Under the pieces are notes generated by a model, which saw nothing but the letters and a program-made list of their open reading frames with translations, was not told the DNA's origin and did no database searches. This document shows positions 12,021 through 24,149 of a DNA stretch of 64,000 bases, piece by piece. Location: assembly GCA_951406725.2 (NCBI GenBank), contig OX597819.1, positions 113,770,001 through 113,834,000 of the forward strand, written 5' to 3'. Position 1 is the first letter of the stretch. Every line of letters begins with the position of its first letter. The translations under genes and the position numbers were made by a program. The DNA is from Octopus vulgaris (taxonomy: Eukaryota).

Positions 12021-12798
12021 TCCTGTGAAGGGCACTTCATTAGGTCTTGGGCCCAACAATGACACTTCATGCATTGAGTACAAATTAAATTTTATTAAAC
12101 TTGAACAATATTTTTCAAGCAATGAACAATTTTCATCAAAACAATGATATAATTTGTCAACTTGGAACTTATTGCAAAGCTGCATGATAAACAACAGTAC
12201 AGTCTGTCCTTGTTTGTCTCCTCTATATTGAGCCTCCTGTGGGCAATAAAGAAATAAATAAAAACTAACAGTCACTTTCAGACCAATAACAACATATAAC
12301 CTGAGATGATGAACAGAGGCCTAACATGTAGAAATGTAGAAGCAATCCTGAATTTGTCTCATATCCTTTTACTCTTCTGTTGATGCCTGATGAGATAGGT
12401 TCATTCTACAAACCCATGGAACTTTACGTTGCATGGAGCTGAATCATACTGTCATTAAGTAATATTTGTAACTCCTACTAAATGTACTGACTACTTCTCT
12501 TTCTCTTATTTGTTCACTTACTCACATGTGTGTGTGTGTGTTTTAAATATTTCTTTTTAATTCAAAACAATGCAAGTTATAAATTTATAGCACTGGTCGA
12601 TGGTTAGTATTATTACCTGGTTTAGGATTGTTTCTTTAGAAAATTCACTGAGAAAATATAGAAATACAAAGTAACAACACTAACCATTCACCTGTATTAT
12701 TAATTTTTATAACTTGCCTTGTATTGGCTTTTAAAAAGTTTCTAAAACACACAATGCTTCATAAAAACTATATTACTGTGCCTGTATATATATATATA

Positions 12799-13352
12799 TC
12801 TATATATATAAAACTCAACTTGTGTGTGTATCTGTATGTGTGTCTGTGTGTTTAACTTCCCGGCACATCTACTCCTAGCCAACAAATCGTAGAACCACCA
12901 AAAATGGGTCACTTAAAGTTTAGGCGAATGAAAATTGAACTGTGCTATTTCTGTTCCGAGATTCATCCCATACATTGAATAGTGAACTTTACTCAGTGAG
13001 CTGTTTGATGTGAACTGTGTTCACCACGCGTGCAAGCATGCGTAAATTGCATGAAAAATAAAAAAATCAAGATATAAAAACGAATCGCCGTAAACATTGT
13101 AGAAATTCGGCAAAGAAATTAATTTTCGGGATGTAGCCTGGAGGGTTTTTTTGTATTAATCATTTGGACTTTGTGAACACATACCAATTGTTTTCATAAC
13201 ATTTTTAACACTTTGAATTAAATGTGACCATTTTGCGTTGAGTCTGCAGTTTGAATCACTTTAACCAAATTTTAGCTGGCCGGATTTTTGATCATCACGA
13301 TACATCGCCAGCGACTCCCTGAAATCCCCGTTAAGCCGAGCAATACTGCTAG
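12799..13352 (+). mobile_element. Non-autonomous Helitron
   Basis: A|TCTATATATATAAAA start with a GT-rich tract; subterminal hairpin CCCG-ttaagc-CGAG; CTAG|T end. Confidence 0.75.
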
Positions 13353-13625
13353 TATGTACATATATATATATTGCAAATCAGAAAATGGAGAAGCACATTA
13401 GTTGGTTCATCAACTTTAGGATATTAAGTATTGGTATATCCTTTAGCGATGAGTCCATCTTTATTATCTCCATTTTTCCAACAGTATTCATTTTTGGGAA
13501 CTATCATACCATACATATGTGTGTGTGTGTGTGTGTGTGTGTATGAAAAACTTCTAAAAATGCTAGTACCCATATAATCAATTAACAACCATATTTCCAT
13601 GCTTGAATGGTTTGGGTGGGTTGCG

Positions 13626-13770
13626 TCATCATCATCATCATCGTTTAATGTCCGCTTTCCATGCTGGCATGGGTTGGACAGTTCAACTGGGGTCTGGGGA
13701 GCCAGAAGGCTGCACCAGGCCCAGTCTGGTCTGGCAGTGTTTCTACAGCTGGATGCCCTTCCTAACGCCA
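13626..13770 (-). mobile_element. RTE 3' end fragment
   Basis: (CAT)n tail plus conserved RTE 3' terminal sequence. Confidence 0.85.
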
Positions 13771-13944
13771 GGATAAGTTTAGAAATTCAAACATTTGCAA
13801 TATTTATTATTATAGTAAATATTTTGCTCTCAGTTGTGCTTCCTTTTGCGATCAGGTCATACATTTTGAAACAGGTATGTTTTGAAGAAAATATTTAAAA
13901 AAAATAAATGATAGAAGAAAAACAAAGAACAAAAAGCTACTTAC

Positions 13945-14647
13945 CAAATCCTGGTATGAGAATATTAAATGCAAGACAGACAGAGGCAACTTCTATTGGC
14001 AAATAAGGTATACAGGATTGAAATAGGGCCGTTCTCTCTTGAACTTTGTTTTGATCCTCATCACTATTTGAGCTGTCACTTTCAATATCATAAAGTTCAC
14101 TCTCTTTCAAATCTTCTGTCTTTGCCAATTCTAGGCTGTGTTTGCGAGAGTCTGATTCAGAAACAAGGACCATTTGATCCTCTTCTTCATTGGATTTGCT
14201 ATAGGAATCAATTTCAGAGATGTTCAATAATAAAGTCCCAGAAGGTAATTGCTTCTCCTGGTCATTTGGTTCTTCTGTGGTACCAGATTTCAAATTATTA
14301 CTTTTATCGTTTTTTACTTCAGCCAGGTTGTTCTCTGTGGTTTTTATAACTTTATCACCTTCATTATTTTCAGTAGATTTTACAGTTTTATTAGCATGGC
14401 TATTCTTAGTAGTTTTTATTACATTGTCACTCTTGTTATTTTCTGTAGTTTCTACTGCTTTATCAACATCGCTTTTCTCTGTGTGTTTTTCATTAGATTT
14501 CCTATTGTGTTTTGTCTTTGCATTTGGAATCTTTCCATTTAAACTTTTGGTTGTGTTTTCCTGCTGAGACAGAAGGGAATTTCTGGATTGCTCATGTAGT
14601 AAATGTTTATTGTTTTTCACAGTGTTACTAATATTTTGGTTAGACAT
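13945..14647 (-). CDS. Stum-like (stumble homolog) membrane protein, first coding exon; downstream exons not found, probably left of the window
   Basis: 703-nt open frame. In-frame TAA lies just upstream of the ATG. The exon ends FQSCIPYLPIEVASVCLAFNILIPGFG at G|GTAAGT, matching the stum IP.LP...A..CL..N...PG.GT motif. Likely acceptor ttgtttttcag opens the exon at 14809. Confidence 0.78.
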
Positions 14648-14939
14648 TGCTGCAGTTTATTTTGTTACTTATAGCAAAATTATACATACAAAAGTTAATA
14701 GAATCCAGAGAAAAGATAATGTCACCTCAAGAATTATTATATTCTTGAGAGGAAGAAAATGTCAATGATTGGTGTAAAGTCCAAGATAATAACTGATGGG
14801 AATTTGAATCTGAAAAACAAGTTGAATAATATTATTGCATATTGTTGATAAAGGAAATAATGTATAAATAATTTTCTAGCAATATGGAAGATACATATAA
14901 GCCATTAAAAAACACACGAAAATTGTTAACGTCATTTAA

Positions 14940-15159
14940 CCCTTTCATTACCAACCCGGCTGAAACCAGCTCTGGCTTGTAATACAAATGTCTTGTTTTC
15001 ATAAGTTTTGAATTAAAATCTTCAACCATATCTTAGTTACAATTTATGTTCCTAACACTAGCTTAATGATAATGAAGTTATTTTACTAAATTCTTTGTCA
15101 TATTTAAAGTAATTGAAAGAAACACAGAGCTTCTCAAAATAAATACAGTAACGAAAGGG
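14940..15159. mobile_element. piggyBac-type MITE
   Basis: TTAA|CCCTTTCATTAC ... GTAACGAAAGGG|TTAA. Confidence 0.8.
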
Positions 15160-15559
15160 TTAAACATTATTATTTGGAGTCACAATTTCCATTGCACTAA
15201 CTGCAATTTGGTTACTAATATAGTTCCACAGTGCATAGTTACAGTGGAATTATATTGGTGACAAGTTTGCAGTAAGTGCAACAAAAGTTTGACACAAAAT
15301 CATAAATTTTTTAGCGAAGTTAATTCTTGTGAGTTTTCCAGTCTGAAATTGCTTTAATTTCAATACACAGTCACAGACCAAATCACTTGTCTGACAAGTA
15401 CATCTTCAGAATAACAAGCAATATGTTAATCAAATATAAAATATAAGAGCATTGATAGTTAAGACAATATTGTTGAAAGTATGGTGGAGGACATATCAAT
15501 GGTGAGGAACATGTCAATAGATTGATATGAGTCAATCAAAACTAAAGGACACACACACA

Positions 15560-15623
<64 letters not shown>

Positions 15624-15884
15624 TACATATATATATGCAGATACATATTGACCCTTTATTTTATCTTTTATTTGTTTCAGTCATTAGATTGCGGTCATGC
15701 TGGGGCACCACTTTGAAGAATTTAACTCTTCTTTTTAAGCCTGGTACTTATTCTATCAGTCTCTTTTGCATTTAAACTGGCCATACCAAGTCCAAATACT
15801 TATTTTATGTTTGAACTGGCTGGATCAGGCCTCTCACACCTACTCTACAATATCATTCTAAAAATAAACAATAACATTATTGAA

Positions 15885-16403
15885 TACAGTTCTATATTTA
15901 AGAGATGAGTAATTATGTTCTTTATTTACATTTGATGGATATTTGTCCTCATCTTGTTTGTCACTAACACAACGTTTCGGCTGATATACCCTCCAGCCTT
16001 TATCAGGTGTCTTGGGGGAAATTTCGAACCTGGGGTTCTCATTCCTAAGGTATTTTTCGATGTTATTATTATTATCATTATTATTCAGGTCACTGCCTGG
16101 AATCGAACTAGGAATCTTGGGGTTAGTAGCCTGCACTCTTAACCACTACGCCATATGTTCATGGACATATGGTGTTGTGGTTAAGAGCGCGGGCTACTAA
16201 CTCCAAGATTCCAAGTTCGATTCCAAGCAGTGACCTGAACAACAACAATAATAATAATAATGATAACATTGAAAAATACCTTAGGAATGAGAACCCAGGT
16301 TCGAAATTTCCCCAAGACAGCTGATGAAGGCCAAAACATTATGTTAGCGACAAACAAGATGAGGACAAATATCTGTCAAATGTAAATAATGTAAATAATG
16401 TAA
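15885..16403. mobile_element. Head-to-head pair of tRNA-headed, hammerhead-bearing SINE-like elements with one 12-bp target-site duplication (TSD)
   Basis: Inverted copies centred at 16161/16162; AACATTATTGAA at 15873-15884 and 16404-16415; A box and B box in each head; hammerhead motif at 16011-15966. Confidence 0.8.
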
Positions 16404-16640
16404 AACATTATTGAAATTTTGAAGCTATAAGATAATGAATGATTAACTGAAAACAATGTGAATATGTAAGAATTACATTTGACAGAGTAACCTGAGTGTT
16501 AAAGGGTTATTCATAAAGTATGCAGTATTTTAGATCCATTTCAGCTGATCTTACCAGTTGGTTTTGCACAGAATATTAGGTAATTATGTTACTGCTTAAG
16601 ACCATGCTCCTTATAAATATATATATATTTTTATCTCTTA

Positions 16641-16955
16641 TCTTTTATTTGTTTCAGTCATTAGATTGCAGTCATGCTAGGGCACCACCTTGAAGAAGGA
16701 TGTAAACACGCCAACAGCAGTTATTAAGTGGTAGTGAGAGACAAACACAGATAGGAAGACACACCCACACACACATATACATATACATACACATATATAA
16801 CAGGTTTCTTTTAGTTTCTGTCTATCAAATCCACTCACAAGCCTTTGATCTGCCCAAGTCTATAGTAGAAGACACTTGCCCGAGGTGCTGTACAGTGGGA
16901 CCAAACCCAGAACTGTATAGTTGGAAAGCAAGTTTCTTACCACACAACCATGCAT
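16641..16955 (-). mobile_element. tRNA-derived SINE, same family as 35725-36128
   Basis: Shared tatagtagaagacacttgccc and aaatccactcacaag segments; tRNA-like head. Confidence 0.7.
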
Positions 16956-17098
16956 GTGCCTTGTATGTATGCATGTCATTGTTCAGTTTTATTTCAAGAT
17001 TTCTTGCCAATAGAGAAAGAGCCGGTTTCTAACCTAGATCCAAGGCTCCTTCATTGGAATTTCAACATCAACAGCAGGGTACTTTTGTTTGTACGTAC

Positions 17099-17131
<33 letters not shown>

Positions 17132-17174
17132 TGTATTATGTATGTATGTATGTATGTATGTATGTATACTTATG

Positions 17175-17218
<44 letters not shown>

Positions 17219-18278
17219 TGTATGTATGTATCATCATCATTTTACACCTGCCTTCCACTTTGGATAGTGGAACAGGATCCAATGGTCTGGAGGACCATGT
17301 AATGCTTCACTGACTCGATTTTAGCATGCTTTCTATAGCTGTATACCTTTTCTTATACCAACCACTTTATAAAGTGTACTGGAGGTTTTACATGCCCCAC
17401 CTCACCCCATCCCCCAGTACCAGTGAGGTTACCTTGTAACTGGTAAGACTTAAGAACATCTACAGCAGAAAGAAGAATTTGAGAGAGGGGGTTGATGATT
17501 TTATGAGAGCTGATGAGAGACTGCAGTGCAATGAGAGGAACATATTTACTGTTGTACAAGATTGTTAGTGTGGTGGAGGGGAAAAAATAGAACAGGTACA
17601 GTTGGGGGGGATACTGCAGAAGAGAGAGGGGGGGGAAGAGGTATAGTGTCAGGGATTAGGGGGAAATAGAGAGAGAGGCACAGAACAAAAAGTGTGATAG
17701 TGTGTAGTGTAGGGGTTATCCTGTGCTATCCCATGTTATAAGGGTGGATGTGGGTAGAAGATGTGAAAGGAAAGGAGCATGAGATGGAGAAAGTGATGTG
17801 GATGTCGAGGAGTTGAAGAGACTATGGAGAGAAGAGCTGGACGTTGTAGGTGAAGAGAATGAAGGTGTCAAGGGGGTCTGAAAAGGGAAGATGAGAGTGT
17901 GTTAAGATGGGAGAGAAGCTGCGAGAGAGAAAGGCAAGAGGAAGAGAGGCAGGGAGTGGAGGGGTAATAGGCGATTGTGGAGAGAGCAGTGAGTGAAAAG
18001 AGAAGTTGGCACTCTCTTACACACACATAGACAGACAGATAGGCAGACAGAGACACACACACACACACACATACACACACATACACACACACATGCACAC
18101 ACTCATGCGTGCGCATGTATGTCGTCATTGTCATCATCATTATCATCACCATCACCATAACATCCATCCCCCAATTGTCATTTAATGTCCATGCTCAAAG
18201 CTAAGCTGGTTTGTGTTGGACAGTTTGGCAGGGATATAAGCGCGCACACACACACACACACACACACACTTATATTAA

Positions 18279-19828
18279 CAGAAGAGTTCAGGCTAAGTTT
18301 GACAGTTTGCATAAAAGAGGACAAAAAATTCAGTATCTCATTCAAAAATAAAAGTATTTTAAACTATCAAAAAAATATCAACAAGATTATGGCTGACAGA
18401 TAACACAGTACTCAAAGCCCTCAGCTTCAATCATGATCTCAAGATGGCTCTGGAACCTGGCACATGTAGTTCTCACTGTTTACTAGGGAACACCTCATTG
18501 ATCTTTACCAACAGCTTGGCCCTGGTGTTGCTGACAGAGTGGTTGGTGTCTTTCTCAATTGTGCCTCATCATCATGATTTAATGCTGACATGGGTTGGAT
18601 AGTTTGACAGGAGCCAGCATCAGACTTCTATGTCTGTTTTAGCAGGGTTTTTATGGCTGGAAGCCCTTCTCAACACCAACCACCCAGCAGAGTGGGCTGA
18701 ATGCTTTGTACGTGGCACAAGCACATTCAAGGTCAGTTTTGGCAAGGGTTTTACAGCTGGGTGCCCTTCCAAATGCCAACCACTTTACAGTGTGGACTGG
18801 ATGCTTTTTACATGGCATCAGCACTGGCAGGGCCACCAAGTAACTTGCAAGACATTGTAACTCATGGGATTACAATCAGGAGAATTAGGAGGCCAGAAAT
18901 TGGGGCTGGTGAAGTTACAGAAATTCTCTGACAACCACCTCTGACTCTTTCTGGAAGTACAGCAAGGAGTTGAATCTTGCTGCCACACATATGACACTCC
19001 AGCAGCAACCCTCTCCAGCCAGAGTTTGACCACAGCCTCTGGTAACTTCACATAGCCTAAGGCCTTGTTCAAAGATGTGGGTTAGCATGATATCACCATC
19101 AATGGAGATACACCCAAAGACTATCACAGTCTGAGAGAACTTGGTTTTCATAAGTGTGACATTGCATGGATGCATAGATTATAGGCAAGCCATCTGCTGT
19201 CCTGGGTGTTGAGCAACTGGTCTAAGCATAAGTTCTTTTCATCTAACAAGAACTGGATCATCTTCAGCTCAGCAGGATGCCTCAGCTTGTTCAGGAGCTT
19301 CTTGACCTTCGTTAAGCCATTCTCCTTAGCTTAGGCTCTCAGAATTTGTCCCTTGTACCTCTTGTATGAGTGGTAGTGATGGTCGTCATTCAGGGCCATC
19401 TTCAAGATGGTTACTCCAACACCCATGTCTCTTGCCAAAGTTCAGATTCCCTTGCTCGGATTTTCCATTAACTTGTCCTGCATTTGTTGGATGAATTCAG
19501 TCAGGATGCCTGCTGTATCCCTTCCTGCTTGCCATAACTATATAGTCTTCATTGCAGCTGTCTATGTCATGTCTCACAGCATTTACAGTATTCACAGAGA
19601 ATTGAGCAGCAGTCCTGATGTTAAAATTTTGATATCCATCATGAAGCATCATGATACAGTTAACTGTTTCCTAATATTCAAATGGATTCCTGTCTTCCAT
19701 GTCAGTTAACTTCTTCTCAACTACAACTTTAATTTCTATGTTCACCAAACATGGTCAACAGTTCACATCAAGCTCTTTCTGAAAAAAAAGAGTTATAAAA
19801 AATTGTGAGATGTTGTCCGAACACCCTG
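18279..19828 (-). mobile_element. Degenerate Tc1/mariner-superfamily (maT/DD37D-like) transposon, interrupted by an RTE 3' fragment at about 18510-18855
   Basis: WQQDSTPC..SRKSQRWL..FWPPNSPDCNPM motif; the C-terminus resumes at 18510-18400; terminus TA|CAGGGTGTTCGG at 19828. Confidence 0.75.
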
Positions 19829-19962
19829 TATATTTATATACATAAATACACACTCATACATACCCACACACATACATATGTGCACACACACATACATACG
19901 TGCATGCACACACACACACACACACACTTACACACACACACACACACACACATACATACACA

Positions 19963-21256
19963 TGAGAGGTGTTCATTAAAGATTTCCCCTGACCCACTTC
20001 CGGTTACTGCAGGAAACAGAACTTGTACAGATGTAATTATGCATGTCCCTACATGTCACATTGTAAATTGTACCTTTCCTCTAATATTCATTTGTCTTTT
20101 ACAGCTGCTGAAGTGGACTAATGTGTTATAATGTAGGCCATTGAATGCAGATCAGTAATTAGGTTCTTATACTTGAAAGGTTGTACACCAAAAGAGATTT
20201 TCGATGAGATGAAAGAAGTTTATGGTGACGATGCACCATCGTATGACATAGTCAAGCACTGGCATCACCAGTTCAAATGTGGTCGGAGATATTGGTGGAA
20301 ACTGTTCCTCTTCCTGGATGATCACACTCTGCCATTGATGATGACACAATCCATAAAGTGGAAGCTGCCATTTTAGAGTATCACCGCATAACTATTCAGC
20401 AACTAGCCCAAAATATGAAGATATGTGTAGGGTCCATGGAAAAAATCATTCATGCCCATTTGCACATGTGGAAGTTGTGTGCACGGTGGATTCCCCAGAT
20501 GCTCACACCTTTTCAGAAGCATGAAGGAGTCAATTGCTTCCAGGCTCTTTTGGCAATGTAGCAGAAAATGAGGAAGACTTGTTTGGCAGACTTATCACAC
20601 GGGATGAAACACGGGTTTCATCACTTTGATCCTGAGACTAAAGTCCAGTCAAAGCAATGAAAGTATGATAACTCATCACTTCCAAAGAAGGCTTGTGTCT
20701 CATCCTCAGCAGGTAAGGTGGTGCTCACAGTCTTTTGGGATCAGCTCTGAGTAGTGATGATTGATTTTCTGGCAAAGGGAACCACTATCGATGGGGCATA
20801 CTATGCTTTTCTGCTGCAGAAATTGCAGGATCAAATCAGAGAGGCATGGCATGCTGACCAAAGGAGTCTGCCTCCTCCAGGACAACACCCCAGTTCACAA
20901 TGTGCATGTTGCCCAGATGAAAGCACACTCCTGCAGCTCTGCAGCTATGAAATCCTTCCTCATCCCCCTTACTCTCCTGACCTCACACAATCTGACTTCC
21001 ATCTCTCTCCATCCATGAAGTGTTTTTTGAATGGGAAGCGCTTTTTGGATGATGATGAACTTATTTCCAAGGTAAAATCTTGACTCCTGACGCAACCTAC
21101 CGACTTCTACAGCTGAAGTCTTCACAACAGCATAAAGTGATAGGAGTGTCACCATTGGTGGTGGCTATGTAGAGAAGGACTAATAACTATGCCAAGTTTT
21201 GTTTATCCCAGTCCTTGGTAAGTGGGTCAGGAGAAATCTTTAATGGACACCCCTCA
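19963..21256 (+). mobile_element. Full-length (~1.29 kb) mariner transposon with a disrupted transposase
   Basis: ~37-bp TIRs TGAGAGGTGTTCATTAAAGATTTCCCCTGACCCACTT / AAGTGGGTCAGGAGAAATCTTTAATGGACACCCCTCA|TA; motifs WIPQML, TRDET, LQDNTPVH, HPPYSPDL..SDF with frameshifts. Confidence 0.92.
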
Positions 21257-21257
21257 T

Positions 21258-22370
21258 AGCACCATAGTCAATTGCTACAAAGGTAAAGATGATGCATTAG
21301 ATACGAATAATTACAGAGGTATCAAATTGTTGGATCAGGTGACGAAAGTTGCGGAGAGGGTCATAGCCCAGCTAAATAGGAAGATAGTTTTGATGAGATG
21401 CAGTTTGGGTTTGTGCTAGGGAGAAGCACTACTGATTCTATATTTCTGGTAAGACAGCTGTAGGAGAAATACCTAGCCAAAGATAAACCTCTGTACTTGG
21501 CTTTCGTTGACATGGAGAAAACCTTTGACAGGTTCCCCCAATTCCTTATCTGGTGGTCAATGCAGAAACTAGGGATAGATGAGTGGTTAGTGAGAGCTGT
21601 ACAAGCCATGTACAGGGATGCTGTCAGTAAATTGAGGGTTGGCAATGAGTATAGTGAAAAATTCCAGGTAGTTGCAGGGGTCCACCAAGATTCAGTCCTC
21701 AGCCCCTTCTTATTCATCAAAGTCCTCCAGGCAGTAACAGAAGAATTCAAGACTGGCTGCCTCTGGGAGCTCCTCTATGCTGGTGACTTGCTCTTATAGC
21801 TGAGTCACTATCAGAAATAGAGGAGAAGTTTCAGGTGTGGAAGCAAGGTCTAGAATTGAAGAGCCTTAGAGTCAATCTAGCAAAAACCAAATTCTTAGTA
21901 AGTAGGAAGGCAGAAAACCTTCAGGTAGACAGCCCTGCTCAATATGTAGAAAAGGCGTAGGTAGAAACTCTATTAGATGTACCCGGTGTAAGAGGTGCAG
22001 CAATATCAAAGGACAACTAACCGGGAAGATAGTTTTTGTGTGGTAGATGCACAGAGGCAAAAACATTGAAAATGTGCCGAAAACAGCTTCTGTTACATGC
22101 TTGGGGGAAAAACTAGAAGTAGTTGATAACTTCCATTACCTAGGTGACCAAGTCAGTAGTGGGGGTGGATGTCCTGAGAGCGTAGCTGCTAGAATAAGAA
22201 TAACCTGGGAAAAGTTCAGAGAGCTCCTACCTCTGTTGTAACAAAGGGCTTCTCAGAGTGAAAGGTAGACTGTATGATGCATGTGTGTGAATTGCCATGT
22301 TACACAGCAGTGAAACATAGGCTGTGACTGCTGAGGACATGCGTAAGCTTACAAGAAATGAAGCTAGTTT
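21258..22370 (+). mobile_element. Degenerate RTE RT fragment
   Basis: NCYKGKDDALDTNNYRGIKLL, FVDMEKTFD, GEKLEVVDNFHYLGD, with stops and frameshifts. Confidence 0.9.
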
Positions 22371-22399
22371 GGATTTGTAGCAGTGTGAATACACTGGAA

Positions 22400-22810
22400 G
22401 TTATGTAGAGAGTATGGGCTAGAATGTTCCAACAAGTGATATGAACACCAACCTTTGCCAGTGCAGAGAATGATCAGGTGAAACTCACATGGGATATGAC
22501 ATTGTACACGGACGAAAAGCTGCAAATGGACCTTCATCGGTGTAGTTAAACCTGCAGACCAGAATATTGCGAAGACAGAAGATGAGAAAGTCTGGAAGTA
22601 CCAAGACTTAAGAATGCAAATGTAAAGAATCCATTGAGCCTCAAATGTGAGTGTGGTATCTATTGTGATCATTGCACTTGGGACTGTCTCAAAGAGAGCA
22701 ATATTCTGGCATCAAAAGCTGCAAATACCAAACTTCTTAGGAAGTATTCAGATGGCAGCAATTCTTGGAAGAGCTCAGGTGTTGAGGAAAGTGTTGTGTC
22801 TCTAAGCTGC
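22400..22810 (+). mobile_element. Old R4-type RLE LINE 3' remnant
   Basis: Hand translation: ENDQVKLTWDMTLYTD, EDEKVWKYQDL, VVSIVIIALGTV, LGRAQVLRKVL*. Confidence 0.65.
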
Positions 22811-23058
22811 AGGATGGAGCTGAGATGTGGCATAGATAAACCACAAGACAGGTGAATAAAAAATTGAAATCCCTTCACTATGAGCTCAAGGCCTGAAATT
22901 TTGATGGAAGGGGTCCAGTTGATTACATTGATCTCAGTACTTGACTGACATTTATTTTATTGACCCTGAAAGGAGGAAAGGCAAAATTGATTTTGGTGGA
23001 ATTTCAGTTAAGATCATTAGTTAAGATCAGAAGCCATGAGAGCCACTGCCTGGCACTG

Positions 23059-23060
<2 letters not shown>

Positions 23061-23140
<80 letters not shown>

Positions 23141-23275
23141 GATTATGATTATGATTATTATTATTATTGTTATTATTGTTATTATTGTTATTATTATTGT
23201 TATTATTATTGTTATTATTATTGTTGTTGTTATTGCTGTTGTTGTTGTTGTTGTTATTATTATTATTATTATTAT
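23061..23275. repeat. Compound (ATT/GTT/GAT)n microsatellite
   Basis: Directly visible. Confidence 0.95.
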
Positions 23276-24105
23276 TCTATGTTTGACTTTTGCTTTATAT
23301 TTGTACAAGTTGGCTCCAAGTCTCGCCCAGAGACCTCAAGAGACAACTATTTGGAAGTTTGTGATGTTGTTATGACTAGTGTGCCATATATTTGGTTTTG
23401 TATTTAGTGTTGTACTAGTGAATCTCAAAAAAAAAAAAAACGAAAATTATGTTTGTTTTAAAACTTGAGATTACATAGAAAGTATTTTGCGTAGGATATG
23501 AGCAGTTCTCATGAGCACTCTCTTTTGAATTTCTACCATTTTTGGGTTTCCTAGTATCTGAGATAGGTAGCGATCAGCCCCTTTTGCTATCATTCCCAGG
23601 GCACCTATGACAATAGGTATTGTTTTAGTCTTCAGGTTCCACATTTTGCTGATTTCTATTTCAAGATCTTTATATTTGCTCAGTTTTTGGTAGGTCTTGA
23701 CAGATACGTTTATATCGATTGGGACAGTCATATCAATGAGGAGGCATGTTCTTTGTTTGAAGTCTTTCAATATGATGTCTGGCCTATTTGCATCTATCTT
23801 TCTTTCAGTTTGAATGGGGAAGTTCCAGAGGAGTGAGATGTGGTCATTTTCAAGCACTGGGGGTGGTTTGTGTTCCCACCGGTTTTTTTCATTGGGCAAA
23901 TCCAGGTTTTTGCAGATTACCCAGTGAATATATTGTGCAGCTCTATCATGCCTGTTGAGATACTCTATAGGCGCTAGAAGATTGCACTTGGAGACAACAT
24001 GATCAATGGTTTCATTTTGTTGTTGACATGACATGTTGGGCTACTGCCGTTCTTTAATATGTTGGCCTGGTAGTTCCTTGTTGGTAGGCATTGATCTTGA
24101 GCTGC
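23276..24105 (-). mobile_element. R4/Dong-type LINE, 5'-truncated, family A
   Basis: ORF 23471-24034 with RHD, LWNF, RPDII, IDMTVP, KLSKYKDL, IPIVIGALG; (ATT)n on both sides. Confidence 0.9.
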
Positions 24106-24149
24106 TATGTATTATTATTACTATTATTATTATTATTATTATTTATGGG

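Noticed and set aside
12387-12425. CTGATGA followed by a weak stem, as another hammerhead; also the CTGATGA at 37042 and 10020
   Set aside because: No properly placed GAAA or stem I; the 37042 site is part of the RTE terminus.
16163-16240. tRNA gene call for the tRNA-like sequences here and at 16085-16160, 31765 and 36050-36128
   Set aside because: There is no proper acceptor stem and each continues into a repeat body; they are SINE heads.
23027-23407. Low-complexity ORFs (poly-I/Y/N, HT and CV repeats) here and across the window
   Set aside because: They are translations of microsatellites.
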